A stretch of DNA of 64,000 nt from Stegostoma tigrinum (taxonomy: Eukaryota), in the NCBI RefSeq assembly GCF_030684315.1, contig NC_081373.1, forward strand, positions 56,902,864 through 56,966,863, read 5' to 3'. Positions 37,250 through 49,259 of this stretch are shown here, piece after piece; the stretch's first letter is position 1, and each line of letters starts with the position of its first letter. The notes beneath the pieces are model-generated. The model searched no databases, was not told the DNA's origin, and was given only the letters and a program-made list of their open reading frames with translations. Made by a program: the position numbers and the translations under genes.

Positions 37250-38850
37250 TAATCATTCTGTCTGAATTGGTCACTCTTTCTCTGCAATTTGACAGTTTTT
37301 GTCTGTAATAGTCACAGTGTCTACAGATCACTCCCTGGGATTATATCCATATCTCTGCTTTGATTACATTTTCTTTTGGTCACTTTCTCTTTCTGCACTG
37401 GATACTCTCTCTCTCTGCAATTTGTCACACTCTCTCTGTACTGGACAATGTCTTTCTCTCTGTCCATAATGGTCTCCCTGTCTCCCCCTCCGTCTCCATC
37501 TCCCTTTCCATCTCTCTCTCCCTCTCCGTCCTCCTCCTACCCACCCCCACTCTCTGTAGCAGACTCTCTTTCTCTGTATTGGTCACTTTGTCTCTGTATT
37601 GGCCAATCACTAACTCTGTCTAATAGTCAGTCTCTGTATTTCGTCATTAGCTCTTTGTATTGGCCAGTTCTTCGCTTTGTTTATACTGAAATAAGGAACT
37701 GCAGATGCTGAAGATCTGAAACAAAAACAAACTTGGTAGAAAAGCTCAGTACGTCTGACAGCACCAATGAAGAGAAAACTGAGTTAATGTTTTGAGTCCA
37801 GTGACTTACTCATTGTCAAATGGTTGCATATTTGCATTGGTCACTCACTCTGCAATGGTCACACTCTCTCTGTATTGTGACTGTTTTTCTGTTGTAGTAA
37901 CAATTAGTAATAGTAATGGACTACTAGTATTTAGTAATAGTAACTAGTAATAGTAATGATTAGGGTAGTGCAGTAGGTTGGTGGTTAGCACAGCTGCCTC
38001 ACAGCACCAGGGACCCAGGTTCATTTCCACCCACAGGTAAATGTCTGTAATAGAGTTTGCACATTCTCCCAAGTCTGCATGGATTTCCCACCAGGTGTTT
38101 CGGTTTCCTCCCACAGTCCAAATACATGCAGGTAAGGTGGCCATGCTAAATTGCCCATAGTGCCCAGGGATGTGCAGGCTTAATGGATTAATCATGGGAA
38201 ATGCAGGGTATAAAGGATGGACTGGATCTAGATGGGATGCTTTTTGGAGGTTCAGTGTGGACTCAATGGGCCCAATGGCCAGTTTCCATTCTGTAGGGAT
38301 CTAATGATTCTATGAACTCATGCTGTTTGTGCTGGACTCTCTCTCACTATACTGGATACTTCCTCTCCCTTTCTCTGTATTGGACATTCCCTCTGTATTG
38401 ATCCCTCTGTCTCACTTGCACTCTGTGTAATAGTTACATATTCTGTATTGGTTGCTCTTTCTCTCTAATAGTTATCCTTTGTGTGTATATTAGTCCGTCC
38501 CTGTCTAATGATGACTCGCTCTCACTCTCTCTTTACTGGTCACGGGTACTCTATTAGTCACTAACTCTGACATGGTCCCTCTCTCTTTCTCTATTGCTCA
38601 TTCACTCACATTCTGTATGTAATGGTCCCTTTTCTGTCTTGTTCCCTTTATTGATCACTCTCACTCTCTGTAATGGTCACTCTTGCTCTCTGTCTCTGCA
38701 TTGCACACTCTTTCTCTTTCTGTGAAACCAAACCTGATCCAAAACGTTAACTCTGTTTTTTCTTTCACAGATGCTGCCAGATCTGCTGAGCTTTTCCAGC
38801 AACTTTATTTTTGTTCCCTCTCTTTCTATATTGGTCTCAGTCTCTCTCTC

Positions 38851-38896
<46 letters not shown>

Positions 38897-39077
38897 GGTC
38901 ACCCTTTCTCTTGGTGTAAATGGATCACACTTTCTGTATTGGTCACTGACTGTGTATGTAATGGTTACTCTCCCTCTCTTTGTAATGGTTATTCATTCTC
39001 TGTAGAACTCACTCTCTATTAGACTTTCTCTCTTTCTTTCGCTGTATTGGTCACTCACTCTGTAATGATTTCTCCCC

Positions 39078-39153
<76 letters not shown>

Positions 39154-40110
39154 AACATGGTCACTCTCTCCCAAATGCCCGCACTGTCTGTTTCTGTGTT
39201 GGCAATTTACTCTGTAATGGTCAGTCACACTATTCCTGAATCAGCCACTCTGTTTGTACTGGTCATTCATCCTCTACACGGGCCCACTGCATTGGTCACG
39301 ATCTCTACCTGTATTGATTACTCTGCCTGTAACGGTAACTTTCTCTTTATTGTCCTCTCCGTATTGGTCGCTCACTCATGCTGTAGTGACCACTCATTAT
39401 CACTCCATCTATTGATCACACACTGTGTAGATCACACACTGTGTTGATCAGTCTTTGCATTAATCACTCATCGTTACTGTCTCTATAATGATCTCTCTGT
39501 CTCTCTCTTTCCCTCACACACACCCTTTTTAAAGGTCACTCACTTTCTCTGCATTGTTTGCTCACTTGCTCTGTATTGATCACTTTCTCTCTGTATTAAT
39601 CACTCTATCCTCTATTGATCGCACTCTCTATATTGATCGCACTCTCTATATTGATCACTCTCTCTCTCTCTCTACGTCGTTCACACTTTATCTCAGTATA
39701 GATCTTTCTTTATTGATCGCTCATTCTCGCTGTTTGTATTGATATTTGCAGCTAATCGCTGGGTCCTTCGGTTTCCACCTACAGTCCAGATGTGCAGGTT
39801 AGGTGGATTGGTCATGGGAAATTGCCCACAGTGTCTAGGAGTAGTGGGTGAGTCTGGTTGGAATGCTGTTTGCAGGATCGGTGTGGACTCGATGTTTGCA
39901 CACTGTAGGGATTCCATATGATTCTATGATCTGTCTCTCAACTGATCTCACGCTCCATAGATCACACTCGCACTTTCTGTATCACTCTCTATATTGATCA
40001 CCTACTCACTCTGTAGTGATCATTCATTATCGCTCAGCCTATTGATTACTCTCTCTGTATTAATCACGCTTTCGCTCTATATTGATCACTTTCTTTCTAA
40101 ATTGATCACT
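37250..40110. repeat. Degenerate TATTG(G/A)TCACTCTCTCTG tandem array with embedded SINEs (~37981-38315, ~39760-39930) and microsatellites
   Basis: Recurrent short unit; (CT)n at ~38841-38890 and (CA)n at 39088-39151. Confidence 0.7.
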
Positions 40111-40113
40111 TAC

Positions 40114-40225
40114 CCTGTCTCTGTTGCTATGGTCCTTTTCTCTCGCTGCAAGCGTCCGGTAACCAAGAAGAGCCGGAAGTGACGATTGGATGAGCAGCGA
40201 GCACCGCCCCCCGGGGGGGGCGGAG
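40114..40225. promoter_or_regulatory. Candidate bidirectional promoter and non-coding first exon of DYDC1
   Basis: Minus-strand donor CAGG|GTAAGT at 40114/40113; X-box-like GTTGCTATGG (40123-40132) and GGTAAC; ETS-CRE CCGGAAGTGACG (40173-40184); inverted CCAAT; GC boxes. Confidence 0.7.
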
Positions 40226-40226
40226 G

Positions 40227-41154
40227 CACACGGTGTGTGGGACCCCGGGACAGTGAGGCCGGGACGGGGTTACACAGTGTGCGTGGGGACCCCGGGACAG
40301 TGAGCCCGGGAGGGGGTTACACAGTGTGCGTGGGGACCCCGGGACACTGAGCCCGGGAGGGGGTTACACAGTGTGCGTGGGGACCCCGGGACAGTGAGGC
40401 CGGGACGGGGTTACACAGTGTGCGTGGGGACCCCGGGACAGTGAGCCCGGGAGGGGGTTACACAGTGTGCGTGGGGACCCCGGGACACTGAGCCCGGGAG
40501 GGGGTTACACAGTGTGCGTGGGGACCCCGGGACAGTGAGCCCGAGACGGGGTTACACAGTGTGCGTGGGGACCCCGGGACAGTGAGCCCGGGACAGGGTT
40601 ACACAGTGTGCGTGGGGACCCCGGGACAGTGAGCCCGGGACAGGGTTACACAGTGTGCGTGGGGACCCCGGGACAGTGAGCCCGGGACAGGGTTACACAG
40701 TGTGTGTGGGACCCCGGGACAGTGAGCCCGAGACGGGGTTACACAGTGTGCGTGGGGACCCCGGGACAGTGAGCCCGAGACGGGGTTACACAGTGTGCGT
40801 GGGGACCCCGGGACAGTGAGCCCGGGACAGGGTTACACAGTGTGTGTGGGGACCCCGGGACAGGGTTACACAGTGTGCGTGGGGACCCCGGGACACTGAG
40901 CCCGGGAGGGGGTTACACAGTGTGCGTGGGGACCCCGGGACAGTGAGCCCGGGAGGGGGTTACACAGTGTGTGTGGGGACCCCGGGACACTGAGCCCGGG
41001 AGGGGGTTACACAGTGTGCGTGGGGACCCCGGGACAGGGCTACATAGTGTGTTTGGGGACCCCGGGACAGTGAGCCCGGGAGGGGGTTACACAGTGTGTG
41101 GGGACCTCGGGACAGGGTTACACTGTGTGTGTGTGTTTGTGTGAGACCCCGGGA
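40227..41154. repeat. GC-rich 47-bp minisatellite, about 20 units
   Basis: Unit GGGGTTACACAGTGTGCGTGGGGACCCCGGGACAGTGAGCCCGGGAG, period 47, with a few shorter variants. Confidence 0.97.
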
Positions 41155-41499
41155 CATTCTCTGTGGCTCGGGGTCAATGAGACTGGTACCAGAACATGCT
41201 GTTATCCCAGTCGATGAACCTGTTTTTAACAATCTTCTTAGGCTTTCCTTTCCTCAGTATTTTCCTCTGCATTACCCCGGATTCTGGCGTGAGACTGTAC
41301 TATTAGTACCCACTGCAGTGGTAAACGTACTTGAAAGGACCTTGAATTTATTGATCCTGCCAGCTCTGTGAGAATAATCTGGCAGCCTGTCTGTGTGGCG
41401 TTGTATAAGACTGTTTGAGGCTCAGTGCTGAACCGCTGTTGGGAGGATTCCGTGTGTGTGTGTTTGGGGTGGGTGCTGTGATTATTCCCACACCGAGTG

Positions 41500-41615
41500 C
41501 GATTGGCTGCCCAGCACTGACCTGTGGCCCAGTTACTAGGCTGCCGGAAGCTGGAACTCAACGGAAAAACAGCTCCGAATCACAGTTTGGTAGTGCATCA
41601 TCGGGAAGGAGCAGC
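41500..41615 (+). promoter_or_regulatory. Candidate promoter and non-coding first exon of PRXL2A/SelU
   Basis: GATTGG (inverted CCAAT) at ~41501; CCGGAAG; donor C|GTGAGT at 41615/41616. Confidence 0.5.
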
Positions 41616-42354
41616 GTGAGTATCAGGAGAGGGGAGAGAAGAAACCCACATAGTTCGAGATTGAACCCGCATCTCTCTTTCTCTCCCCTTAGAGAGAGAG
41701 AGAGAAAGAAAGATTTTTGAGGGACAGAGAAGCAGAGCGTGGCGACAGTGAGGTCAACTGAATGTGGGAAGCAGACAGTAGGAGAGAAGAATTTCCAGAG
41801 CGAGACAGATAGTAGAACAGATGGGAATGGTCAGAGGATAACAGAGGCAGGTAAACAGGCATCGGAGATTACAATGGGAAGCAGTGGCTGAAAGAGGTGG
41901 CAAAATTAAGCTGGAGGGAGGGAGACAGCAGTAAAGAAGGGACATGAAGAGCCAGGGGAAAATAGGGAAAGGGAGATAGAGTGTAAAGGGAAGAAAAAAG
42001 GAGGGAGCGAGATGGTGGCAGTCTGACCGATAAATGAAGCCAAGGAATCAGGAAGTAAGAAAGGGAGGCAGACAGATGGAGGGAATGAAAGAGATGGGGA
42101 GAGAGAAGGAAAGGAAATGGGGGGCACAAAGACAGGGGAATAGGAGAAGCAAGGAAGACGCGCATATTAGCATGCCAGTGAGAGAGAGGGTGATAGAGAT
42201 CAGGTGACGGAAGGAGGGAGGCGGGCCATTTGAGTGAACTGAATGCTGCTGTTTTTAAGTTGCTTGTTTGACTGTGAATGGGATGTCTATCCTGCCGGTT
42301 ATTGCTGTTTGATCTTGTGTTCCAGGAAGTGTTGTGGAAGCTGAAGATTCTGAG

Positions 42355-42499
42355 ATGGGTTTGTGGCCGTTGGGCCTTGGAGCCTTGGGAGCAGCAATCA
42401 CCAGCGTGCTCCTGGCAAACACTGATCTCTTGCTGTCCCAAGCTGACACTGCAACACTCACATACCTGTCAGGGGCTTCACTGAGAACCTTGGATGAAG
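42355..42499 (+). CDS. PRXL2A: Selenoprotein U (peroxiredoxin-like 2A/FAM213A orthologue), first coding exon
   Basis: Acceptor ttccag at 42325; MGLWPLGLGALGAAITSVLLANTDLLLSQADTATLTYLSGASLRTLDE; ends at GC donor AG|GCAAGT, phase 1. Confidence 0.9.
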
Positions 42500-42639
42500 G
42501 CAAGTTTACAAGTCAAAGTATAAGAAACAACAGTGGTCTAATCACTGCCATGACTCATCTGGTATCTCTCTAAGTCTGGGTCAGAAGGTAATGGATACCA
42601 CCACCTCACCCTGCCTCTATCTAACCCAGGCAAAGACTT

Positions 42640-43050
42640 GAGTAACATAATCTAGGGCAGTAAGAGGAAATGCTGAGGGGCTCTTATTTGGGTGGGACAT
42701 TAAACCAAGACACTACCTAGCATCTCTGGTATGTGTGAAAGATCCCAAGGCACCATTTCAAAGAAGTGCACCCTCCCCATTGTCCTGGCCTGTATCTATT
42801 CCCCAATTGCAGAAAGAGATTACTTGCTCATTTCATATTGCAGTTTGTGGGAGCTTGCTGTGTGAAATGTGGCCACTACATTTTTTTATTTATTCAATCA
42901 GCAGAATATGTCATCCCTAATCTTCTTTGAGAGGGTGCTGGTGAGCTGCAATTCATGATGTTTAGGTATGTACACTGCAGTAAGGGAGGTGACTCCAGTA
43001 CATTATAACAATGACTATATTTAGAAAGTACTTTGCTTGCTGTAAACATG
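42640..43050 (+). mobile_element. Deu-domain SINE (SacSINE1/AmnSINE1-like); a second copy at ~61600-61905
   Basis: GACATTAAACC...AAAGATCCCAAGGCAC...TGTCCTGGCC...GTTTGTGGGAGCTTGCTGTG resembles the recalled Deu domain. Confidence 0.65.
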
Positions 43051-45090
43051 ATGTGATTGTTATTCACATTGCAAGGCTTTCAGTTCTTATTCATTCTCTT
43101 CCCTTCAACTTGCTTCTTTGTTGGCATGAGAATGTCTGTCTGAATGTTAATTGTTTTCTTGCTCAAGACATTCATTTGTGGTGCTGTCCTGTTATCCTTT
43201 ACTGCCGGTGTTTCATGGCCTTTTGTCTTTTCGTTGATGATGATATTGACTTTCAGGTTTGCAATGCTCACTTTTAAAGGTGGCAACAACATTTAATTGT
43301 AAATTAGATCAAATTTTTAAAAAAGCATACCCAACTGGAGCCTCATCGAAATCTTGCATTTAATTTAATTTAACCCTTTATCATTTATTGCATGGTGCAT
43401 TGGTGCTTAAGATCCTTTTTTCTTTTCTCAGAATTTTTCTTGTCTCACCATCCACCTATCTGTGTGCAATATCTGTGCTGCTAGTGAAACTGGCTGCAGT
43501 CACTATTGAACATCAAACTGAAAATGAACTACTTCACTGAGATCGTCTGTATCCTCACCCCATTCACTGCCTTGGCTCAATATTCCTTACCATACTTAAT
43601 AAGGAAAAAGGTATCAATTTTGGGTTTGAAATAATATAGCTAACCTCTACTGCTTTTAAATAGAGAGAAGTTTGGCCATTTTCTCTATATGGCCCAGCTG
43701 CAATTTTTGTAGACTCTCACACCAGCAGGCTTAAGTTTTATCAGTCCTGTCATAATCCTAAGACCCTCAAACAAGCCACCTCATAACGTTCTGAATTCAA
43801 AATTCTGTGATTTCTCCACACAAATCAACCTGTGGATTGCAGTGGTCAATACAGTATATCCTGCCAAAAAAGTGGTGCCCAGCAAATCCTCCAGGTGTAG
43901 CCTAATTAGGGCTTTGCAGACATTTTTACTCACCCTGGTCAGGGATGTTATTACACACCTCTGGAGCAGGTGGGATGTGAAGGCAGACTTCCTAGCTCAG
44001 AAGTAGGGATACGACCACTGAATCACAAGAGCTCCTTACCAGAACTTTGTATAACTTCAAAGTATTCTATTCCTCAAGATACAAAGATGAACAAGTGATT
44101 ATTTCCTGAATCTGTTTCTGACATTTTAATGATCTATGTGCCATGATGCTAAATCCCAGTGAATGTCCCCTGTCCGTGGCTTCAGAGCGTTTGAAAAGTG
44201 CTCTCTTTTATCATATTAATTCCAAAATAATTAACCTCATACATGCCACCCTTGAAATTCATTTGCCACAATTTTGCCCCTTTATGTAATCTATCAATAT
44301 CTCTTTGTAATATTACGCTTACATCTAAACTGCCTAAAATGCTGCCTGCCTTTGTATCACAAATAAACTTGTCCCATCATTTTAAGCCACTAATGAATAC
44401 AGTAAGTAGTGGAGACCCCAACACACACCCTTATGGGACGCTATCCTTCACATCTTGTGATTAAAGTATTCCTTTATTCCTGCCTCTCCTAACCATGTCA
44501 TTTACCCTCACTTCCACAAACTTCAACTTGAGCTAACAGTATCTTCTGCAGGACTATATCACATTCTTATCTAAGTAGCATTTCCTAAATGTTTCACTTG
44601 TAACTTGCTTAAAAACAGTTATTCAGTGCCTTAGGGTGAGAATTCATTCATCCTACATAATTGCCTTGTCCATTCTCTTGAACTTTCAATATTTACAGAC
44701 AATGATGACCAGAATGTGACAGAAAGGGACAATATACAGACCTAAGAGTGCTCTGGCAAATAGGCCAGCATAGAGAAAAATGGTGAAGAGGTGGAATTAA
44801 AGGCTGTTTATTTGAACACATGCAGCATCCATCTAAGATGAATGGATTGACAACACGAATATAAATAAATGGGTATGATATAATAGACATCGCAGATGGA
44901 CAGTTGCAAAATGACCACGGCTGTGAACTGAATATTCAGTAGATTTTTTGACATTGTGGAAAGATAGAAAGGAGTGAAAAGGGGTGAAAGAAATGTGTAT
45001 GTTTTCTGTATTCACCAAACGTCTCCCTGAACGTTCCTTCCACTCACTGTTCAATAATTTTAAACTGATTTCATCTCTTTATCTTTCTAG

Positions 45091-45182
45091 AGAAAAGGAG
45101 ATTTGAGGCAGCCGAGCTGTGGATGCAGACTGGTGCAGTCATCATGGCAGTGCGGAGACCCGGATGATTCTTGTGCCGAGAG
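45091..45182 (+). CDS. PRXL2A: Selenoprotein U exon with in-frame TGA (Sec) at 45165-45167, UxxC motif
   Basis: tctttctag|(E)KRRFEAAELWMQTGAVIMAVRRPG-U-FLCRE|gtactg; TGA aligns with the first Cys of mammalian RRPGCFLCRE. Confidence 0.95.
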
Positions 45183-46877
45183 GTACTGGAATAAGAGTTT
45201 GCTTCAGAATAACAATTGTCCCTATCAGTGTCCAAGGCTGTTGCTTCACTCTCCAGGCAGAGATGCTTCTGTGAGAACTCCTTCCCTCTCCCATCACAGT
45301 CATATTTCTACACTAAAAGCATTATATGAATGGGGATTGTAATTGGACCAGAAGTGGTGACCGAAATAGAGAGGGGTGAGGTAATGAAGGGATTTGAAAA
45401 CAAAAATTAGAACTTCAAAATGAAAGAATTGTTTGTCCAAAAACCAGTTAATAAAGGATCATAGTGATGTGAATCAGGATGTGGGGATAAGCTTTATACA
45501 GGCTGGAGATTGAAAGGCCAGTAAGGAGAAGGTTTCATCAATCCAAGTAGATTGAGAGGTAACACGTGTGGATGAACTCTGAGGCAGAGAAGCAGTCAGA
45601 TAGCGTGACTATGGAACGCTGTTGCTCCTGATACTGGAGCGGATGTGTGCTTAGAAACCCAACACAGGGTCGATGTTAGAGCAAGACAGTGCACAATTGG
45701 GCTTAATCTCAGCCACTTGACAGGAGGGGATGCAGTTGGTAGCAGGGCTGGAAAACAACGATTTAAATTTTCCTCATATTTAATTGGAAGAAATTTCCAC
45801 TCCTGCACCAGATGTCAGATGAGCAGTCCGATAGTTTCACGACAATGGAAGAGTTAAAAGAGGGGGTGCTCGTGAGGCAGGAGCTGGTGTTCATTGTTTG
45901 AGTGTGAAAATTAACACTGTACTTTCAGATGATTGCACCCTGGGGTAAAGTGTAGGGTGAGGTGGGAGGAGCTGTGGATAACTCCTTGGGGAAACACCAG
46001 TATTGGTGCAGCAACTGGAGGAGAAATCAGTGATGTTGGTTTTCTGTCTACGATCTGCTAAGAATGGAACCAGGAGTGAACAGTTTCGCCTGGTTGGAGA
46101 GGTGTTGCAAAAGGTAGGGGATTGACTGGATCAAAGGACAAGAAAGCCACGGAAAGCAAGTTTACTTTTGTCACATTCATGTAGGATGTCACTTGTGACA
46201 TTTGATAAGAGCTGCTTCAGCTCTAATTTAGGGACGGAAACCTAAATAAAGGGTTTCAAACATGGATTTGGAAGTGATAACATATTCAAAGGTTTTGAAA
46301 TGGAACAAGAGGTTAGATGTGAAGCATTAGCTTTTCCCCTGGAGACCAGAAGGTCAAGTTGAGGGAGAACAATTTAGTGGAAATAGCATTAAAAGGCAGT
46401 ACAAGGTGAGACTTTTGGACAAAGATGTGTTTTGGAGATGGCATGAGGGGAAATCGGGTGGAAAATAGGTTTGAGGTCTGAGAATTAAAGTCTCAAGTTA
46501 CTGGAAAAAAAGTCATTATTCATAAGCAATTTGAAAATATTTCATGTTTACTAAGAAGTGGTAGTGTAGATATGATATAAAGGCTAAATATCCTGTAAGT
46601 GACAGTTGACAATAGTTCAATGATATCAGAAGACAGGCAGAAGTTGTTACAGACTGTTGATTTCTATATTGACTTGCAAAGTCAGGAACTCCAGTTTGCT
46701 CCTCCAGCTTGAGGTCAGCTTTATCATTCACGTCATACTGCGGATCAATTCCTGGAGCTTTCAAAGCACTTGCAAAGATAAACAGGTCCAAAGGCGCCCT
46801 CCTATCAACATAGGAATGTCAACAGGGAAACTGAGCTGACAGACCCTGACTTTTCTGGGCACTGTTTCTGTACACTT

Positions 46878-46879
<2 letters not shown>

Positions 46880-46921
<42 letters not shown>
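46880..46921. repeat. (AG)n microsatellite
   Basis: Direct reading. Confidence 0.95.
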
Positions 46922-46923
<2 letters not shown>

Positions 46924-49259
46924 CAGTTTCTGTACTCAGGTGGCCGTAAACTGTGGTAGAAATTCTAAATGTCTTTCTATATTAGCACTAAAAACTATCA
47001 TCTAATAAAGATCCAATTTCTTACCAGGGGAAGCTTGGCCTCGTGAAAGATAGTGGAGTAATGGAGGCAGCTGAACAATGGCCTCCCTCTATGTTAGAGG
47101 TGAAGGTATATATGTTGAAGGGTTGGTTGGACAGGAATGTATGGGTGTGGGCAGAGTGAGTGGGGAATGGGTGGGATGAGGAGACAACGTATGGAGAGAT
47201 GGGTGTGGGGCTATCCAGAGCTGACCTCTACCTCAGAGCCTCTGGATCTGATAAGATAGCGTCAATGATTGTTGTCTTCTACAATTATGGATCTCATAGT
47301 GTTGACAAAGAAATATCTGCAGAGTCTAGTGAGGTTGGGGAAAGAGTTAACTTTTTTGAAGAACGTAATGATCAGTAGCCCTATATCTAACAAGTGCGAC
47401 ACCTTATTAAGAGGCTATAAGAGAGAGAGCAATATACTTTCTGAATACTGCTCACTTCCTGTAATCACATTATTTGCATATCACACAATAACTCGTTTAC
47501 AATTTAACCACAAGCATTTCCCCTTACTGTTCCCTGACTGGACACCATTTGTTCCTCATCTATCGCCAAATCAGTCAAAGGACAACCAGCTGTTTCTGGG
47601 GCTGATTGTCCTGGAGAGACTCATTAAAGCATGATTTCCCGCACCGCACCCCAAGCCTGATGAGGATGAACCTGAACACCTCCCCTTGCTTCCAAGACTT
47701 GAGCTGTCAGGACTGGATGGGGTGAGGTTTGAGCCCCAGGCCCAGACAGAGAGGCCTGAGTCCCTGCGGCGGAAGCCATATGTGACTTCTGATTTATGTG
47801 CCATGCACTCCATTCCCTGCTTCGCTGTCTTTGTTGCCCTGGTGAATCCTCACAATCAGTTCCTGTCTCTGTGCCATTCCTTAAATTTCACTCACTGCCA
47901 GAGTCTGAGGTCAGTGTCTTGCTTCTCTTTTCTTTTATGGTCCCACATCAGTGCTTGACCAGGTGGCTGCTCTTGGGTATTTGAAAGGAGAGAGAGGCAT
48001 AAGCTGGTGAGAGGAGGTTGGTGCCATCTGCAGCTTCTGAAGCCTTGTAGCTGAAGGAATGGGTTCCTCAGGGAGGCCAGCACCAGTGCAGAGACAGAAA
48101 GGAATGCACACCAGACAGGCTGTGCATGAACCAAGCTGAGAATAGAATGATCATGAGGCTTCAGACTAATGGATGGGGTAGCTGTTTGCCTGATGGACAA
48201 AGTTATTTTAAATAATAGCTCAGTAAACAAACGGAATAAAATTGAGTAACTTACACAATGTCAGTGGAAAGTAGACAGTTTAGTTAAAGCAGGAGAGAGA
48301 AATCAGAGAAATGCAAGTAGGACATTACAGTTGAGTAACAGCTTTTGGTGTATAATCCAAATGAATGTTCTTTATAGATATAAATAGTGATGAATAGGTT
48401 GCAGGCCCAAATTTAACTTGAATACAGCATGGTTGGACACTGAATTATAAGATTTACAAGAAAGAGAGAGAGGGTCGAGGGAGGGACACAACCTTTAATG
48501 ATTAAAGATGTTATCACTTTGTTGATATGAGAAGCCAAAACCCAGTCCTGGTCACCATAAGTAGGGGAGGAAGTATAGGCTGCTTGGACACCAAGAGTTA
48601 AGTTCCTAGGCACGATTAAACAAACCAATGTACTCGCTGGGATTTTGAAGATTAAAGAGAGATTTGAGCACGTTTTTCCAAGTATTAAGGAGCAGAGACT
48701 ATGTGCGGAGAGAAACAATTAGGATGGGGAATCTAGTACCAGGGAACATAATCTAAATCTCTGAGCCAAACCTTTCAGGAGCAAAATTAAGAAGCCCTTC
48801 TATGCACAAAGGGTGATAAGTACTTGGAACTGTCTACCACGGATGGCAATTGATGTTTGATCAGTTTATAATTTTCAAACTGAGATTGAGAGAATTTTGT
48901 TATAATCTGTCCTGTGTAAATGTAGTTGAGTGTGAAGTACATAGACACATACTTTGTGAGCACCATGCATGGTGGTTTCAAGGGTGTTTGTCTCCTGGGA
49001 TGTAAGTTGTTCTTCTACAGACAGCAGCATGGAGGAGGTATGTGACTGCTACTCCTGCTTTTTGACTTTACAAAGCAGAGTCACAAAATGCTCACTTTCA
49101 TAAAATTACCAATTACATTTACAACATGTGATTGGCACCCTATTCACTCCCTCCACCACCAACACACGGTGTGTGCCACCTACAAGATGTAATGTGGAGA
49201 TTGATCAGGGCTCCACAGACAGTACTTTCAAAGACCTTTCAGACGTGAACATAGAAGTG

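Noticed and set aside
40227-41154. Array of RAG heptamers (CACAGTG), or a CRISPR-like array
   Set aside because: No ACAAAAACC-like nonamer at 12 or 23 nt; no unique spacers; it is a simple tandem repeat in a eukaryote
45165-45167. TGA read as a nonsense mutation (PRXL2A pseudogene)
   Set aside because: It falls exactly on the redox Cys position, all downstream exons are intact, and a SECIS is present
45168-45182. Possible Sec redefinition element hairpin TTCTTG-TGC-CGAGAG
   Set aside because: Short, G-U rich, 3-nt loop, no spacer after the UGA; explainable by the encoded FLCRE
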